Under the pieces are notes generated by a model. The model worked only from the letters and a program-made list of their open reading frames with translations, made no database searches and had not been told where the DNA came from. Position numbers and translations under genes: made by a program. From Thermodesulfobacteriota bacterium (GTDB lineage: Bacteria; Desulfobacterota; Desulfarculia; JACQYL01), in assembly GCA_963675595.2 (NCBI GenBank), contig CAXXLZ010000002.1, positions 224,001-288,000 of the forward strand: a stretch of DNA of 64,000 nt. Direction: 5' to 3'. Every line of letters begins with the position of its first letter. Position 1 is the first letter of the stretch. Below, one piece after another: positions 12,876 through 24,400 of the stretch.

Positions 12876-15701
12876 ATGTTGAAACCCTGGCGCGAAGTCG
12901 CCGTTCCCCATGAAGACGTGCTCAAGGGCACCTTCCAGCAGGCCGAATTCGCCGCGGACCTCTCCCGGGTGCACGACGGCACCGCAACGGCCGAATACCA
13001 GAACGCCGAGCTTTTCTTTCAGCGAACCTTCATCACCGAGGGCATGCGCCTGCTTCTGGATTCCGTGGTGCGACGGCTGGCCGGTCGGGGCGGAGACCCG
13101 GTGATCCAGCTTCAGACGGCCTTCGGCGGGGGAAAGACGCATACCTTGTTGGCCGTGTATCACCTGGCCCGGGGAGAAGCTTCGGCGGGAGACCTGCCCG
13201 GCGTGGCCCCGGTGCTCAACGGCGCCGGGGTGGTGGAACTGCCGCCGGTCCGGACCGCCGTGCTGGACGGCAACAAATTTGCGCCCAATGCGCCTCGCCA
13301 AAGTGACGGCATCAAGGTCCACACCCTGTGGGGAGAACTGGCCCGGCAATTGGGCGGCGAAGCGGGCTACCAACGAGTTCGGGACGCGGATGTTTCCGGC
13401 ACTTCCCCTGGGAAGCAAATCCTTGCCGAGCTCCTGGACGATTGTTCGCCCTGCGTGGTGCTTATGGACGAACTGGTGGCCTACATACGGCAGTTCGAAG
13501 AGGGCAAGTCCCTGGCGGGCGGCACGTATGAATCCAACCTGTCCTTTGTGCAGGCCCTCACCGAGTCCTTCAAGGCCGTACCCACGGCGGTGCTACTCGC
13601 TTCCCTGCCCGAGTCGGACAAAGAGGCCGGCGGAGTTCGAGGCCACGCGGCCCTGAAAACGCTGGAGCATTATTTCGGACGCACCCAGGCCTTGTGGAAG
13701 CCCGTGGGTTCCGAGGAGGCCTTCGAGATCGTTCGGCGAAGACTGTTCTCGAAGATCGACGACCGGGCGGCGGCAGAGGCGGTGTGCCGGGCCTTTGCCG
13801 ACTACTACACGGCCCAGGGCACTGATTTTCCACAGGAAACCCAGGAGAGTCGATACTACGCGCGGCTCACGGAGGCCTATCCCATCCATCCCGAAGTGTT
13901 CGACCGGCTGTACGGCGACTGGTCTTCCCTGGACAACTTCCAACGCACCCGGGGCGTGTTGAAGCTGATGGCCAAGGTGATCCACCGGCTGTGGAAGGAC
14001 GGCAACAACGACCTCATGATTCTGCCCGGGAGTCTGCCGCTGTACGATCCGGACACCCGCAACGAGGCCATTTACTACCTGCCTCAAGGATGGGACCCGG
14101 TGTTGGAAAACGACATCGACGGCGAGCGAGCCCAAACCACGGCCATCGAGAACAAGGAAACCCGACTGGGAGCGGTGCAGGCCTGCCGGCGTGCGGCCCG
14201 GACCATCTTCCTGGGCAGTGCGCCCACCACCCCCAATCAACTGGTCCGGGGGCTGGAAATCGAGCGGGTGATTTTGGGATGCGCCGAGCCCGGCCGACAG
14301 ACCGGCGTGTTCAAGGATGCCCTCGCACGCCTGACGGACCGGCTTCATTACTTGAACAGCGCGGACCATCGGTTCTGGTTCGACACACGGCCCAATCTTC
14401 GTAGGGAAATGGAGGAACGGAAGAAGCGGTTCAAGGATGGACAGGACGTGCTGCCCGTCATCCGGGAAGGGATACAGAAGAGCCTGCCCTCCGGGGTGTT
14501 CGGGGGGGTGCACGTATTCACACCGAGCGGAGACATTCCCGACGACCAGGCGCTTCGATTGGTGGTCCTTTCTCCTGAAACTCCCTTCTCCCGCACGGAG
14601 AACCGGTTCTGGAAACCCACGGCGGAAGAGATTCTGCTGAACCGGGGCGATCAGCCTCGCCACCGACAAAACCGCCTGCTGTTCTTGGCGGCGGACTTCG
14701 ACAACGTGGGTCGCCTCAAAGACCAGGTGCGCTCCATGCTGGCGTGGAAATCCATTGTTACGGACTATCGTGAAAACCGCCTCGTGCTGGACAATCTCAT
14801 GGCGGCCCAGGCGGAAGCCGCCCTCAAGCAGGCGCTGGAGGCTTTCAAGAAAGCTCTGCGCGAGACCTACAAATGGGTCCTGGCGCCCGGTCAGGAAGCA
14901 CAACCGGGAAAAGGCGTCTCCGAAATCTTCTGGGAACACTTTCCCATCAACTCCGGAGCCGCGAATCCTGCTCTGGAAATCGAAAAGGTGCTCAAAGAGA
15001 ACGTAACGCTCATTTTGGAGTGGGCGCCCTATCACCTTTCCAAAATGATGAAGCAGTGGTTCTGGAAGGAAGGCGTTCCTGCAGTGGGCGCCTTGGAGGT
15101 GTGGCAGGCCATGTGTTCCTTTCTGTATCTGGATCGGCTCAAGGACGAAGACGTATTCCGGGCCGTACTGACGGCCGGTTCGGAAAGCAGCGATTTCTTC
15201 GGATTGGCCCAAGGGAAGGAGGGGGACAAATACCTGGGGTTTTCCCTGGGAAAGGCTACCTCACCCGTTTTGGACAATTCTCTTCTGCTCATCGAACCCG
15301 AGACCGCGGCCGCCTATGCCGATGCTGAAGCAGCCTCTAAGGAAGGCAAGACCGGGATTCCCGGCGATCCCTACCCCGAAGGAACCCCCGGGGGCGGGAC
15401 GGGAGTCCAGGAACCGGGAGCGCCGGGATACAATGGTCAGGAAGAGGACTCAGCGGGGGAGCCCCCCAAGAAGCGTTTTTACGGTTCTCTGGAAATCGAT
15501 CCGGTAAAGGCCAAGAAGCAGTTTTCCGACATGGTGGACGAAGTGCTCATGCAGTTCAGCACTCGCCCCGACGTGAAGCTTCGAATCGTGCTGGAATTGG
15601 AAGCGGAAAGCCCTTCCGGGTTTGACGGGGCCACCCAGCGCACGGTGAAGGAGAACTGCGGGGTGTTGAAGTTCAGGAATGCGGAGTTCGAGAAGGGTTG
15701 A
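12876..15701 (+). CDS. DUF499-family AAA+ ATPase
   Basis: [14 protein letters not shown] start, FAADL, Walker [11 protein letters not shown], Walker B LMDE, YPIHPE and FQRTRGVL. Confidence 0.93.
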   Translation: MLKPWREVAVPHEDVLKGTFQQAEFAADLSRVHDGTATAEYQNAELFFQRTFITEGMRLLLDSVVRRLAGRGGDPVIQLQTAFGGGKTHTLLAVYHLARGEASAGDLPGVAPVLNGAGVVELPPVRTAVLDGNKFAPNAPRQSDGIKVHTLWGELARQLGGEAGYQRVRDADVSGTSPGKQILAELLDDCSPCVVLMDELVAYIRQFEEGKSLAGGTYESNLSFVQALTESFKAVPTAVLLASLPESDKEAGGVRGHAALKTLEHYFGRTQALWKPVGSEEAFEIVRRRLFSKIDDRAAAEAVCRAFADYYTAQGTDFPQETQESRYYARLTEAYPIHPEVFDRLYGDWSSLDNFQRTRGVLKLMAKVIHRLWKDGNNDLMILPGSLPLYDPDTRNEAIYYLPQGWDPVLENDIDGERAQTTAIENKETRLGAVQACRRAARTIFLGSAPTTPNQLVRGLEIERVILGCAEPGRQTGVFKDALARLTDRLHYLNSADHRFWFDTRPNLRREMEERKKRFKDGQDVLPVIREGIQKSLPSGVFGGVHVFTPSGDIPDDQALRLVVLSPETPFSRTENRFWKPTAEEILLNRGDQPRHRQNRLLFLAADFDNVGRLKDQVRSMLAWKSIVTDYRENRLVLDNLMAAQAEAALKQALEAFKKALRETYKWVLAPGQEAQPGKGVSEIFWEHFPINSGAANPALEIEKVLKENVTLILEWAPYHLSKMMKQWFWKEGVPAVGALEVWQAMCSFLYLDRLKDEDVFRAVLTAGSESSDFFGLAQGKEGDKYLGFSLGKATSPVLDNSLLLIEPETAAAYADAEAASKEGKTGIPGDPYPEGTPGGGTGVQEPGAPGYNGQEEDSAGEPPKKRFYGSLEIDPVKAKKQFSDMVDEVLMQFSTRPDVKLRIVLELEAESPSGFDGATQRTVKENCGVLKFRNAEFEKG

Positions 15702-15774
15702 GATGCGCCTGGACGTCGCTCCGAGTTTCCGAATCGAAACCTAAGGAACCACAAGACGAATCGAGACCTTGCGC

Positions 15775-16017
15775 ATGAAAACCACGCTCTATTTTGATTA
15801 CACCCGAAGGCGACCGGATCGGGCTCGGATCAAGGAGGAATGGATCCGCTGGGTTATGAAGCATCCCGACCGGGTGGAAACACAATCCGACGGTAGGATC
15901 CGGAAGTGGGGCAGGATAGCCGAAGCGGGAAAAGTATTGAGAGTCATCCTGCTGGAAGACGGCGAAACCATCCATAATGCTTTTTTTGACCGATCCTACA
16001 AGGAGGAAAGCGAATGA
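15775..16017 (+). CDS. Putative type II toxin (DUF4258/RelE-like)
   Basis: About 80 aa basic protein with LRVILLEDGETIHNAFFDR, coupled (ATGA) to a DUF2283 gene. Confidence 0.7.
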   Translation: MKTTLYFDYTRRRPDRARIKEEWIRWVMKHPDRVETQSDGRIRKWGRIAEAGKVLRVILLEDGETIHNAFFDRSYKEESE

Positions 16018-16220
16018 AGGTCAAGTATTTCTCCGATACGGACACGGCCCATGTGGAATTCAGTGACCGGGAAGTGGCGGAGACGCGGGAGATCAGCGAG
16101 CACATCTACATCGACCTGGATGCCGGCGGCAATCTCGTGAGCATGACCATCGAACATGCCAAGGCCAACGCGGCGCTCTGGGAGTTCTCCTACCAGGAAA
16201 TGGCCCGAAGGACCGCGTAG
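16014..16220 (+). CDS. DUF2283-family putative antitoxin
   Basis: MKVKYFSDTDTAHVEF...IDLDAGGNLVSMTIEHA matches the DUF2283 pattern. Confidence 0.85.
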   Translation: MKVKYFSDTDTAHVEFSDREVAETREISEHIYIDLDAGGNLVSMTIEHAKANAALWEFSYQEMARRTA

Positions 16221-16303
16221 CTTTCGATGGATCGCCCGGTTCACCGATTCGCCTGTTGAAGCCTCTCGTTGGCTGCAATGAACCGAGTTGAAATTCGCTG
16301 GAG

Positions 16304-18736
16304 ATGAACATGCCCGACCTTGACAAGGTGATTTCTCTGGTTCTTCCCAATGGTCTGGAAAAGTCTCGATCCGGTCGACCCATTCGCGTATTGGGGATCG
16401 ATCTGGGTACCACCAACTCCACCGCTTCCACCGCTTCCTGGCGGGCGGGCGGTGCGTTTCCTCCCGAAGTCCGCTCCGTTGAAATCGTGCAACCCACTCT
16501 GCAGGGAGATTACACTCATTCTCTGTTGCCCTCGGTGGTGGCCCTCTACAACGGGCAGACCTACGTGGGGGAGGGAGCCAAACGATTGCGTTCCCGAGCC
16601 GCTGAACTGGGACTCAAGCCCTTCGAGAATCTATTCTACGAATGCAAGAACGAAATGGGGATAAAGAGGACCTATCACCGCGCCCCGGAAGGTTACCGAT
16701 CCCCGCCCGAAATCGGCGCCAAAGTCATCGACACCATGATCAAGGCCGCCGGCGAGGAGTTGGGGGCACAGCCCGATCGGGTAGTAATCACGGTTCCGGC
16801 CTCCTTTCAGACGGCCCAAAGGATGGACACGCAACAGGCGGCTCAACTGGCCGGTTTGAATATCGCCGGTGGAGACCTGTTGGACGAGCCGGTGGCTGCG
16901 TTTCTCGATTACGTGTTTACCTCGGGCGTGGATTTGGGATTGGAACGTGCCTCTTCTCGGACGGTGGTGGTGTTCGATTTCGGAGGCGGCACTTGTGACG
17001 TGGCGGTATTTCGATTGAAGCGAACCGGCACGGAACCGGGGCCTTTGGGCGTCGAGTTTCTGGCCGTTTCCCGGTACCACCGGTTGGGCGGGGGGGACAT
17101 CGATGCGGCGGTGGTTCATGAATGCCTGATTCCCGAGCTTTGCCGACAAAACCACCTCAACCCCCTGGATCTAGGGTTCGAAGACAAGAAGAAATACCTG
17201 GAACCCGCTCTTCTGGGTACCGCGGAAATGCTCAAGGAAGGCCTCTGCACGGAAATCCAACGTCTCATGAGTTTCGATAAGTATGAGGGAGCCGACAAGA
17301 CGACCATGGTGAAAACCCAGCCTGGGACCCAGGAGTGTCGGGTGGGGAACCGCAGTTACCGATTGACCGCTCCCAAGCTTTCCACCGCACAACTGGAAGA
17401 GCTTCTGGATCCCTTTCTGGACCAGGATTTACTCTATGCCCGGGAGACGGAATACCGGATGACCTGCTCCCTGTTCGCTCCGCTGCAGGATGCGTTGGAC
17501 CGTGCGGGATTGGAGCCGCGTCAAGTGGATTACTGCCTCATGGTTGGGGGTAGCAGCTTGATTCCTCAAGTGAGGGAAAGTGTCGGGGCCTATTTTTCCA
17601 AGGGTGAGCTCCTGCTTTTCGGGAGCCGGGAAGACTACAAGACGTGCATCTCACGGGGGGCGGCCATTCACGCCGTAGCGTTGGAGGCCATGGGCAGGCC
17701 CCTGGTGCAACCCATATGCCATGACGAAATCGCCATCCGAACCCAAAGCGGACGGATTGGACTGATTTCCAAAGGCAGTTTCCTGCCCTTTCCGGCGGAC
17801 GGCGGCTTCGCCTATTCCTACGAAGTCGCCGTGCCGAATACCACGACCGTCGAGCCCTGTAATGTGCGTGTGGAATTGGCAACCAAGGAAGATGACCGTC
17901 AACTCTTTTCCCAGGTATGGTCCGTACCGGGTCCGGTGACCCAGGGAACGCCCATCCGCTTGGAATATCGGATGGATGAAAACCAGGTGCTCCAGCTCAA
18001 GGCAAGGCTGGACGAGATGGATGAAGGGGAAGAGTTTTCCGCGACCCTGGAGAATCCACTGACCCACGTGGTGAACCCGAATGAAAAGCGCCTTGAGATC
18101 GACCGAACGGAAGAAGACCTGCGCACCGGAAGGATTCCAAAGACTCAGGTCCCGGAAAAGCTCGCGGAACTCTCGAAGCTCTATGCCGAGCTGAACCAGC
18201 TGGAAAAAGCGATTGATTTTATCAAACGGGCCATCGCCGCCCGCAATCCTCCGGATGTGTTTCTGCTCAACCGACTGGCCGCATACTACGGTGAACGTGG
18301 TGATTCGGAACGCCAGGAAAAGGTATATCGGGAAGCGACTCGGGTTTCTACGTGGAGCGGCTCGTGGTTCAACTTGGCCCTGGCCTTGTGGCGCCGCAAG
18401 AAGTTCTCCAAAGCACGGGAGGCCATAGACCAGGCCATTGAAATAGACCGACAGGCGCCCTACCTGGTGCTGGCCGGATTGATTGCGGGCTCACTTAAAG
18501 ACTCGGAAAAGAGCCAAGCGCTGCTTTCCGAAGCCATGGACTCGTTCGATCCGGTACCCGGTCTGGATGATTTTGAATTGGGTTGGTTTGTAAAAGGAGC
18601 GCAGACCCTTTCCGACCAAGACAAGCTGTCAGAGGGTCGGGCGGAGCAACTGAAGCGATCAAAAACAGAGGACAGGTCGACCCCGGAAGGCGAACTACCT
18701 GTGGCTACCCCTGGATTGATGAGGACGGCATCATGA
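16304..18736 (+). CDS. Atypical Hsp70-family ATPase with C-terminal TPR-like repeats
   Basis: GIDLGTTNS, VITVPASF, DEPVAA, FDFGGGTCD, LGGGDID, VGGSSLIP; C-terminus has TPR-like helices (AELNQLEKAIDFIKRAI; WFNLALALWRRKKFSKAREAIDQAIE). Confidence 0.9.
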   Translation: MNMPDLDKVISLVLPNGLEKSRSGRPIRVLGIDLGTTNSTASTASWRAGGAFPPEVRSVEIVQPTLQGDYTHSLLPSVVALYNGQTYVGEGAKRLRSRAAELGLKPFENLFYECKNEMGIKRTYHRAPEGYRSPPEIGAKVIDTMIKAAGEELGAQPDRVVITVPASFQTAQRMDTQQAAQLAGLNIAGGDLLDEPVAAFLDYVFTSGVDLGLERASSRTVVVFDFGGGTCDVAVFRLKRTGTEPGPLGVEFLAVSRYHRLGGGDIDAAVVHECLIPELCRQNHLNPLDLGFEDKKKYLEPALLGTAEMLKEGLCTEIQRLMSFDKYEGADKTTMVKTQPGTQECRVGNRSYRLTAPKLSTAQLEELLDPFLDQDLLYARETEYRMTCSLFAPLQDALDRAGLEPRQVDYCLMVGGSSLIPQVRESVGAYFSKGELLLFGSREDYKTCISRGAAIHAVALEAMGRPLVQPICHDEIAIRTQSGRIGLISKGSFLPFPADGGFAYSYEVAVPNTTTVEPCNVRVELATKEDDRQLFSQVWSVPGPVTQGTPIRLEYRMDENQVLQLKARLDEMDEGEEFSATLENPLTHVVNPNEKRLEIDRTEEDLRTGRIPKTQVPEKLAELSKLYAELNQLEKAIDFIKRAIAARNPPDVFLLNRLAAYYGERGDSERQEKVYREATRVSTWSGSWFNLALALWRRKKFSKAREAIDQAIEIDRQAPYLVLAGLIAGSLKDSEKSQALLSEAMDSFDPVPGLDDFELGWFVKGAQTLSDQDKLSEGRAEQLKRSKTEDRSTPEGELPVATPGLMRTAS

Positions 18737-19953
18737 ATGGAGCTGTGAGTTGGTTGATCCCAAGAGAGGAATTAACCCGAGAACAGGTGCGGGCCATCGA
18801 GATGGACCCGAAGGAACACCGAGTCATTTTGGGAGGCCCCGGATCCGGAAAGACTCAGATTCTGCTGCACCGTGGTCGGTTCCTCCAGGAAGCCTTCAGG
18901 GTGGCCCCCGAGCGCTTCCGCATTTTCGTATACACCAACGCCCTGCGCACCTACATACATTCCGCACTGAACCTGCTGGACCTGCCGGATGATTCGGTTT
19001 CCACCTTGGATGCTTGGTGCGGGAAGTTCCACACCGAAAACATCGGACGCCGTCTTCCATGGAACAAGGAAGCGAAATGTCGGGATTTTGGGACGATCCG
19101 GGAGGCCGTAGTCAAGAAGATTTCTGAGAGCGGGAACAAGCCTTTTGATTTTGTCCTGGTGGACGAAGCCCAGGATTTGGACGCTACGGCTTTGAAACTG
19201 CTGAAGGCCATGTCCAACCATGTGACGGTCTGCGCGGACCACAAACAGCAACTCTACGACCACGGATCGGAGATATCCGAAATTCTCCGGACTCTCGGCG
19301 TGAAACGAAGCAACGTAACCCTGCTGGAAACCTATCGTTGCTGCCCATACATCGTCTCGCTAGCGGCCGAACTCATCGATGATCCCACGGAGCGGGAGCA
19401 ATACGTCAGACAGTTGAAAACAAGCCAGGCCGAGCGTGAGACACCTTTGCTTTACTGCGCTTCCGATGCGGAAGACGAAACACGACAGATGATCGACCTC
19501 GCACGCACCAGACTCAATAAGGGCGAACGGGTGGCGGTGCTCTTTCCTCAGAAAAGGCAGGCCTTCGGTTACGCCAAGGCTCTGGAAGAAGCGGGCATCC
19601 AGGCGGAGAATCCCAATGATCTGGACTTCACTACGGACAAGCCCAAGCTGATGCCTTACCACAGCGCCAAGGGGCTCACCTTCGACAGCGTGATCCTCCC
19701 TCGGTTGACACCGAGGTCCTTCGGAACCATGTCCACGGACCGCATCAAGCACTTGCTCTTCGTGGGCATCACCCGAGCCATCAAATGGGCGGCCATGATC
19801 ACGACGCAAAGCAACGGCTTTGCGCCTCTTGCCCGGTTGACGCCGCCCGCCGGCCTCAGATGCCTAACGGTGCGGAAACATGGGGACTCATCGGCTGCGA
19901 CCGCGAATGCAAAAGGGAACGTTGAAGACGACGATGGACTGGATATTCTTTGA
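18733..19953 (+). CDS. Compact UvrD/Rep-like (SF1) helicase
   Basis: GGPGSGKT, VDEAQD, DHKQQLY, ETYRC, HSAKGLTFD, FVGITRA; ATG at 18733 overlaps the Hsp70 stop (ATGA). Confidence 0.92.
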   Translation: MNGAVSWLIPREELTREQVRAIEMDPKEHRVILGGPGSGKTQILLHRGRFLQEAFRVAPERFRIFVYTNALRTYIHSALNLLDLPDDSVSTLDAWCGKFHTENIGRRLPWNKEAKCRDFGTIREAVVKKISESGNKPFDFVLVDEAQDLDATALKLLKAMSNHVTVCADHKQQLYDHGSEISEILRTLGVKRSNVTLLETYRCCPYIVSLAAELIDDPTEREQYVRQLKTSQAERETPLLYCASDAEDETRQMIDLARTRLNKGERVAVLFPQKRQAFGYAKALEEAGIQAENPNDLDFTTDKPKLMPYHSAKGLTFDSVILPRLTPRSFGTMSTDRIKHLLFVGITRAIKWAAMITTQSNGFAPLARLTPPAGLRCLTVRKHGDSSAATANAKGNVEDDDGLDIL

Positions 19954-20002
19954 TGGGTGTCGGCGCAGCGGCGATCCGATTTGGAAGGCATGCATGGAGA
20001 AC

Positions 20003-20400
20003 TTAGGTGTTCCGCTCCAGCCATTCCTGCAAATTGTCCGTTTTGATCCGCAGCATGGGGTAGTCCCTTTCCATCCAGGCCAGGGTGATTTCCTGGATGT
20101 ACAAAATGCGAGGCGGATTGTGTTCCATACTTACAAGGCCAACATGAAATGCCTTCCCCGCTCCAAAGTGCGAAGGGTGTAGCACTTGTTTCGGACGCCT
20201 GCGGGATAGTCGGCGTGATACAAATGCAGATCGAGAAGCCTTTTCCCTCCGCCTTTGGGTTCCAGCCGATCCACCCGAATGGGGGAGCAAGTGTTGTCCC
20301 CCAATTCGTCTCCCAGGAATCGACACGCATACCAGTGTTTCGGTTTTAGTGTGAAGCGGGTTGCCTTTACATCGTCGCTTGATTTCCAATTGGATATCAC
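20003..20400 (-). pseudogene. Frameshifted small hypothetical gene
   Basis: ORF 20131-20400 (RFTLKPKHWYACRF...LERGRHFMLAL*) appears to continue in another frame as SMEHNPPRILYIQEI...; starts 2 nt after the upstream stop. Confidence 0.55.
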
Positions 20401-20402
20401 TG

Positions 20403-21458
20403 TCAGCCGCTCCAGATCATCGCTAACAACACGAGTAGGATGACGAATTGAATAATTGTGGCTACAACAAAGACGTTCTGTTGCATGAAAGTCTTGGATG
20501 TCTCTTTTATGGCTCCGATTTCAGATTCGATCTCCTCCACTTTGCGGTCGAACTTGGGTTCGATGTGCGTTTTCAGCGTGTTTTTCAGGTCGGTCAGAGC
20601 GGCATCCGTGGTGCGCTTTTGCTGCTGCAGCACTCCTGACAAGTCCCTCTGGACCGTTTCGATTCTTTGTCTTAGCTCCGGCTCCATTTCATTCTTGACA
20701 TAGGCGGTCATGCTTTCCCTGAATGCCGCGATTTGCTTTTCCTGGTTCTCCACTCTGTTTTCATACTCATCTTTGAGAGTGCTGAAATCTTTATTCAGAC
20801 CCCATACCGTTTCTTTGTATTTCTCGTCGTTTTTCCTCTGAAGGGACGAGAAGTCTCCCTGCAACTCGTTTCTATCCTTTTCGTACTTGGCCTCGATGGA
20901 TTGCTCCAATGCGGAAAATCTTCCTTGGGTTTCTCCGATCAGATCTCCAAACTTCGTTTTATAGGACCTCTCCGCCTCCAAGAGCCTTTCCATGGATCCC
21001 TCGATTTCTTCTTCGAGACGATTGGTCATAGCTTCGACCGCGGCATCCAGGCGGGCTTCCTGGTCCGCAATCCAGTCTTCCATGTCCTGCTTCGTCTGGT
21101 CTATCCATTCCGAGGTGGATTGGACGTTGGCCTCACCCTTCTCATAGACGCCCTGGACAAGGCGGTTCGCTTCCTCCAGCAACCGAGCGTAACCGCCCAT
21201 GGTATCCGTGAAGGTCGCTACCGATCCTTCGGATTTCTTCTGAAGCTGTCCGATCTTTTCGTACAATGTTTCATACGCGTCTTGATAGTCGGCAATGCTC
21301 TCCTGGACGTCGCTGCGAAGTTGCTCCAGCTCATCTCGTATTCTTCGAAGGTTGCCGACAAGTCCGGCCAAGTCCTGAGCCTCTTTGTCCAATTCGCGAA
21401 TGCGCTGTTCCGCCAAGCTTATGTCGAGAAGCGATTTCGATTCCATCGTGATCACCAT
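20403..21458 (-). CDS. Long coiled-coil protein with C-terminal transmembrane anchor
   Basis: E/K/Q/L-rich helical sequence ending VFVVATIIQFVILLVLLAMIW; start overlaps the RecQ stop (ATGGTGA). Confidence 0.85.
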   Translation of the reverse strand: MVITMESKSLLDISLAEQRIRELDKEAQDLAGLVGNLRRIRDELEQLRSDVQESIADYQDAYETLYEKIGQLQKKSEGSVATFTDTMGGYARLLEEANRLVQGVYEKGEANVQSTSEWIDQTKQDMEDWIADQEARLDAAVEAMTNRLEEEIEGSMERLLEAERSYKTKFGDLIGETQGRFSALEQSIEAKYEKDRNELQGDFSSLQRKNDEKYKETVWGLNKDFSTLKDEYENRVENQEKQIAAFRESMTAYVKNEMEPELRQRIETVQRDLSGVLQQQKRTTDAALTDLKNTLKTHIEPKFDRKVEEIESEIGAIKETSKTFMQQNVFVVATIIQFVILLVLLAMIWSG

Positions 21459-24400
21459 TTGGCCAGTTCGGTTTTGAGGGCTTGGTCTTTGTTCAACCTT
21501 CCGATCGTCTGACCAAACTGCTTCTGGTATAAGTTGCAGCTTAGCGACAAGGCTTCTTCGTGTTCCAGGCCGGCCTTCTCCATATCCGCAGCCATCATCC
21601 TGACAAAATCCATATCCTCGGAAGCGCCGTCGACCTTGGCATAAGTCCTGATGGCGGATGCGCCGTCAAATCGAGCATATTTCTCATAGCCCCAAGTCGA
21701 GAGTTCCAAATTCTTGTGCATAATGTTTTCTATTTCCGCAAATTGCCGGTGATATCTATGGGCTGAAGACCTGATTTCTGCATCATCTTCTCTTTGAAAC
21801 GAGTCGGCGACTCCCATATTTGCCAATGAATTGATCGGGTCGACCTCCAGCTTGGCCGCTGCATGCTGTCCAAAAGCAACCACAAAGCCTTGCTTTTCGG
21901 CTTCATCTAAAGCCCATTCGTATTCCTGAACGTCTTTGGTCTCAAAGGAGTGCTCTTCTCTGACCAAAATGTCCCTATGTTGCGCATTGTCTTTTGCCGG
22001 AACAGCGGAACTCAGGGTGAAATTCAGGTCTGGAACACAGGAATCACTATCGCAAAATCCACATTTATGTCCATCGTCCACCTGACTCATCGTTCCCAGT
22101 AGATATTGTCTCCTGCATCGATTCTTTATCCGAACATATGTCATAAGATTGAGCAAAGATTGAAGGCGCATACTGAGCACATATTTCCTGACCTCAGTGA
22201 ACAGTCTATATACCGCATTTTGTACATGAAAATCTTTCGGCGGACTATTATTGTTTGGAATATCTCCCACCAAAACTTTTCGCTGTATTTCGTTTATCGT
22301 TTCTACGTCCAATTCCTTAGATCGACCAAGTTCGCTTCTAAAAGTGGCCATCTTCATTAGTTCAGATATTAAAGAAGTAATCATTGAATAACATGTTGGT
22401 TTTTCAACAGGCATTATCAAGAAGTCTATATCCGTAAACCGACCAATGCTATTATACTTCAACTTAAAATGACTAATCAGCTTTAGTTGTTGTAGTCTAA
22501 ACAACTCATTGTTTATTCCTATCAGCAACTTATCCGCATGTGCACTGTTAGTCTTTACACTTTTGACCCAGTAGCCATCGACAGGGTTCTTCGATTTGAT
22601 CTCTTGCCACAGTTTGGTGGTCCTTTCGGCGAATTTCTCAGGGCTTGCATAATGTTCAAGGACCATTCTGAACTGTCGTGAGAAGTCGCAAGGTTCGGGT
22701 AATCCTATCTCGGGTGGACACTTCCGTTGCAGATAATATTTCCCTCTCATGCAAGGCGGAAGCAAAAAATCATCTTCTCGGGTTACCAGGCCGATCGTTT
22801 CCAGATGTTCGTCTAAGCATTTCCGGGTTGGTAGACGCACCACGAGCGAGCAATGGGAATGCTCTCCGTCCCTGCCGGCTCTCCCGACCTCCTGATAATA
22901 CCCTTCGATACTGGCGGGCATGCAGGAATGTACAATGAACCTGAGGCCTCTGTGGTCAATGCCCATTCCATAGGCTTTCGTAGCCACCAATAACGGAATG
23001 GCCTTTGCCTTGAATCGACGCTGGACTTTAAGAATATCCTTGTCCCAGTTTGGGTCGGATTTCGGTTTGCGGAAGGTATGGCCGTTGGAGCATTGGAATC
23101 CTCCTCCATCTTCAGCCGGAATATTTCGAATGGCATAGACGAACTTCCCTTCCTGTTTGCAATAAGGGCAGAAGTCTGGGGTATGGGACGCATAAATATT
23201 GAAGAACTGATTCTCGATAATACCCCTAACGTCCAGCATATTGCCTATAGCACCGACGCCGTCTTGCCAAGAGGTCTGCCCTTTAGGGTTCGCATACACA
23301 CAAAAGATAGCCCCACATCCTATACCCTCCCAATGCCCTTGACTGAAGCCGGCCCAGTCGAAATCGTGGGTATACCGGAGAGCCGTCGGAATGGCCATCG
23401 TCAAGATATCACAAATGGAATCATGACGATCATCCGGATATCTTGTCCCTGCAAGTGTGTGAACCGAAAAAGAAAGCTCGGTCCGATCAATATTTGCCTC
23501 AGCGAGCAGACTTCCACCGTCTCTGCAATCCTTCACACTAAGATTCAAAATTCCACAAATGTCTTCCTTGACGGGATCGGTCGCCGTGGCCGTCAGAGCA
23601 AGAATCGGCGTTTCAATTCCACTTTGATATGCTGAGACGTTCTTCAAGAAAAATGGTATCTGCAAATAGGCGATGCGAAAGTCATGGCCCCACTCCGATA
23701 CGCAGTGGGCCTCATCGATGCAAAGCAAACTGAGACAAACGGAAGCGGAAGCTTTTTCAAGCTTATCAGAAAAACTTAATATTTGTAGGCGTTCCGGAGC
23801 AACATAGAGGATATCTACAAAGCCATATAGGAAGTCGTCGACGGCATCCTCCTTATCACTGGAACTCATGTCATAACGGATGGATTTGACCATATTAAAG
23901 CCTTTGTTCAAGGCCAAATCCTCCACTTGGTCTCTCATGAGTGCTCTCAAGGGAGAGATGATCAGGGTACTGGAGGGCAGCAGTTTGGCCGCCAATTGGA
24001 ACGCGGCCGACTTCCCTCTGCCTGTGGGCAGGATACCCAGAATTGATTTCCCCGAGAGAACGCCGCAAATCAGCTCATACTGCCTGAGTTCCGTGTTCGG
24101 ATTCTCAGGATCATAATGGTGCCAAAGGAAGGGTATGCGCAGTAAACGTCTGGAGAAGTAGTCGATCAACGATTTACGGAAACAAACCGGAGCCGAAGTG
24201 ATTCGCGCTTTTGATCGATCAACGGTCAGCGCCCGAAATCTTGCCCGCAAGGTGGCGATATTACAGGCTTCCCTTCCGAGAATATTGGGTCTTGCGGCAA
24301 CATCCGGAGTTAACGGGATTCTGCCTTCACGAGTCAGGTCAATGATTAAGTCCGGAACCTCATCGTTGGACCGACTGCTTCCTATCTTGAAGATATTTTC

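Noticed and set aside
16304-18736. Housekeeping dnaK
   Set aside because: Divergent C-terminal half with TPR-like repeats, no dnaJ/grpE, located on a mobile element
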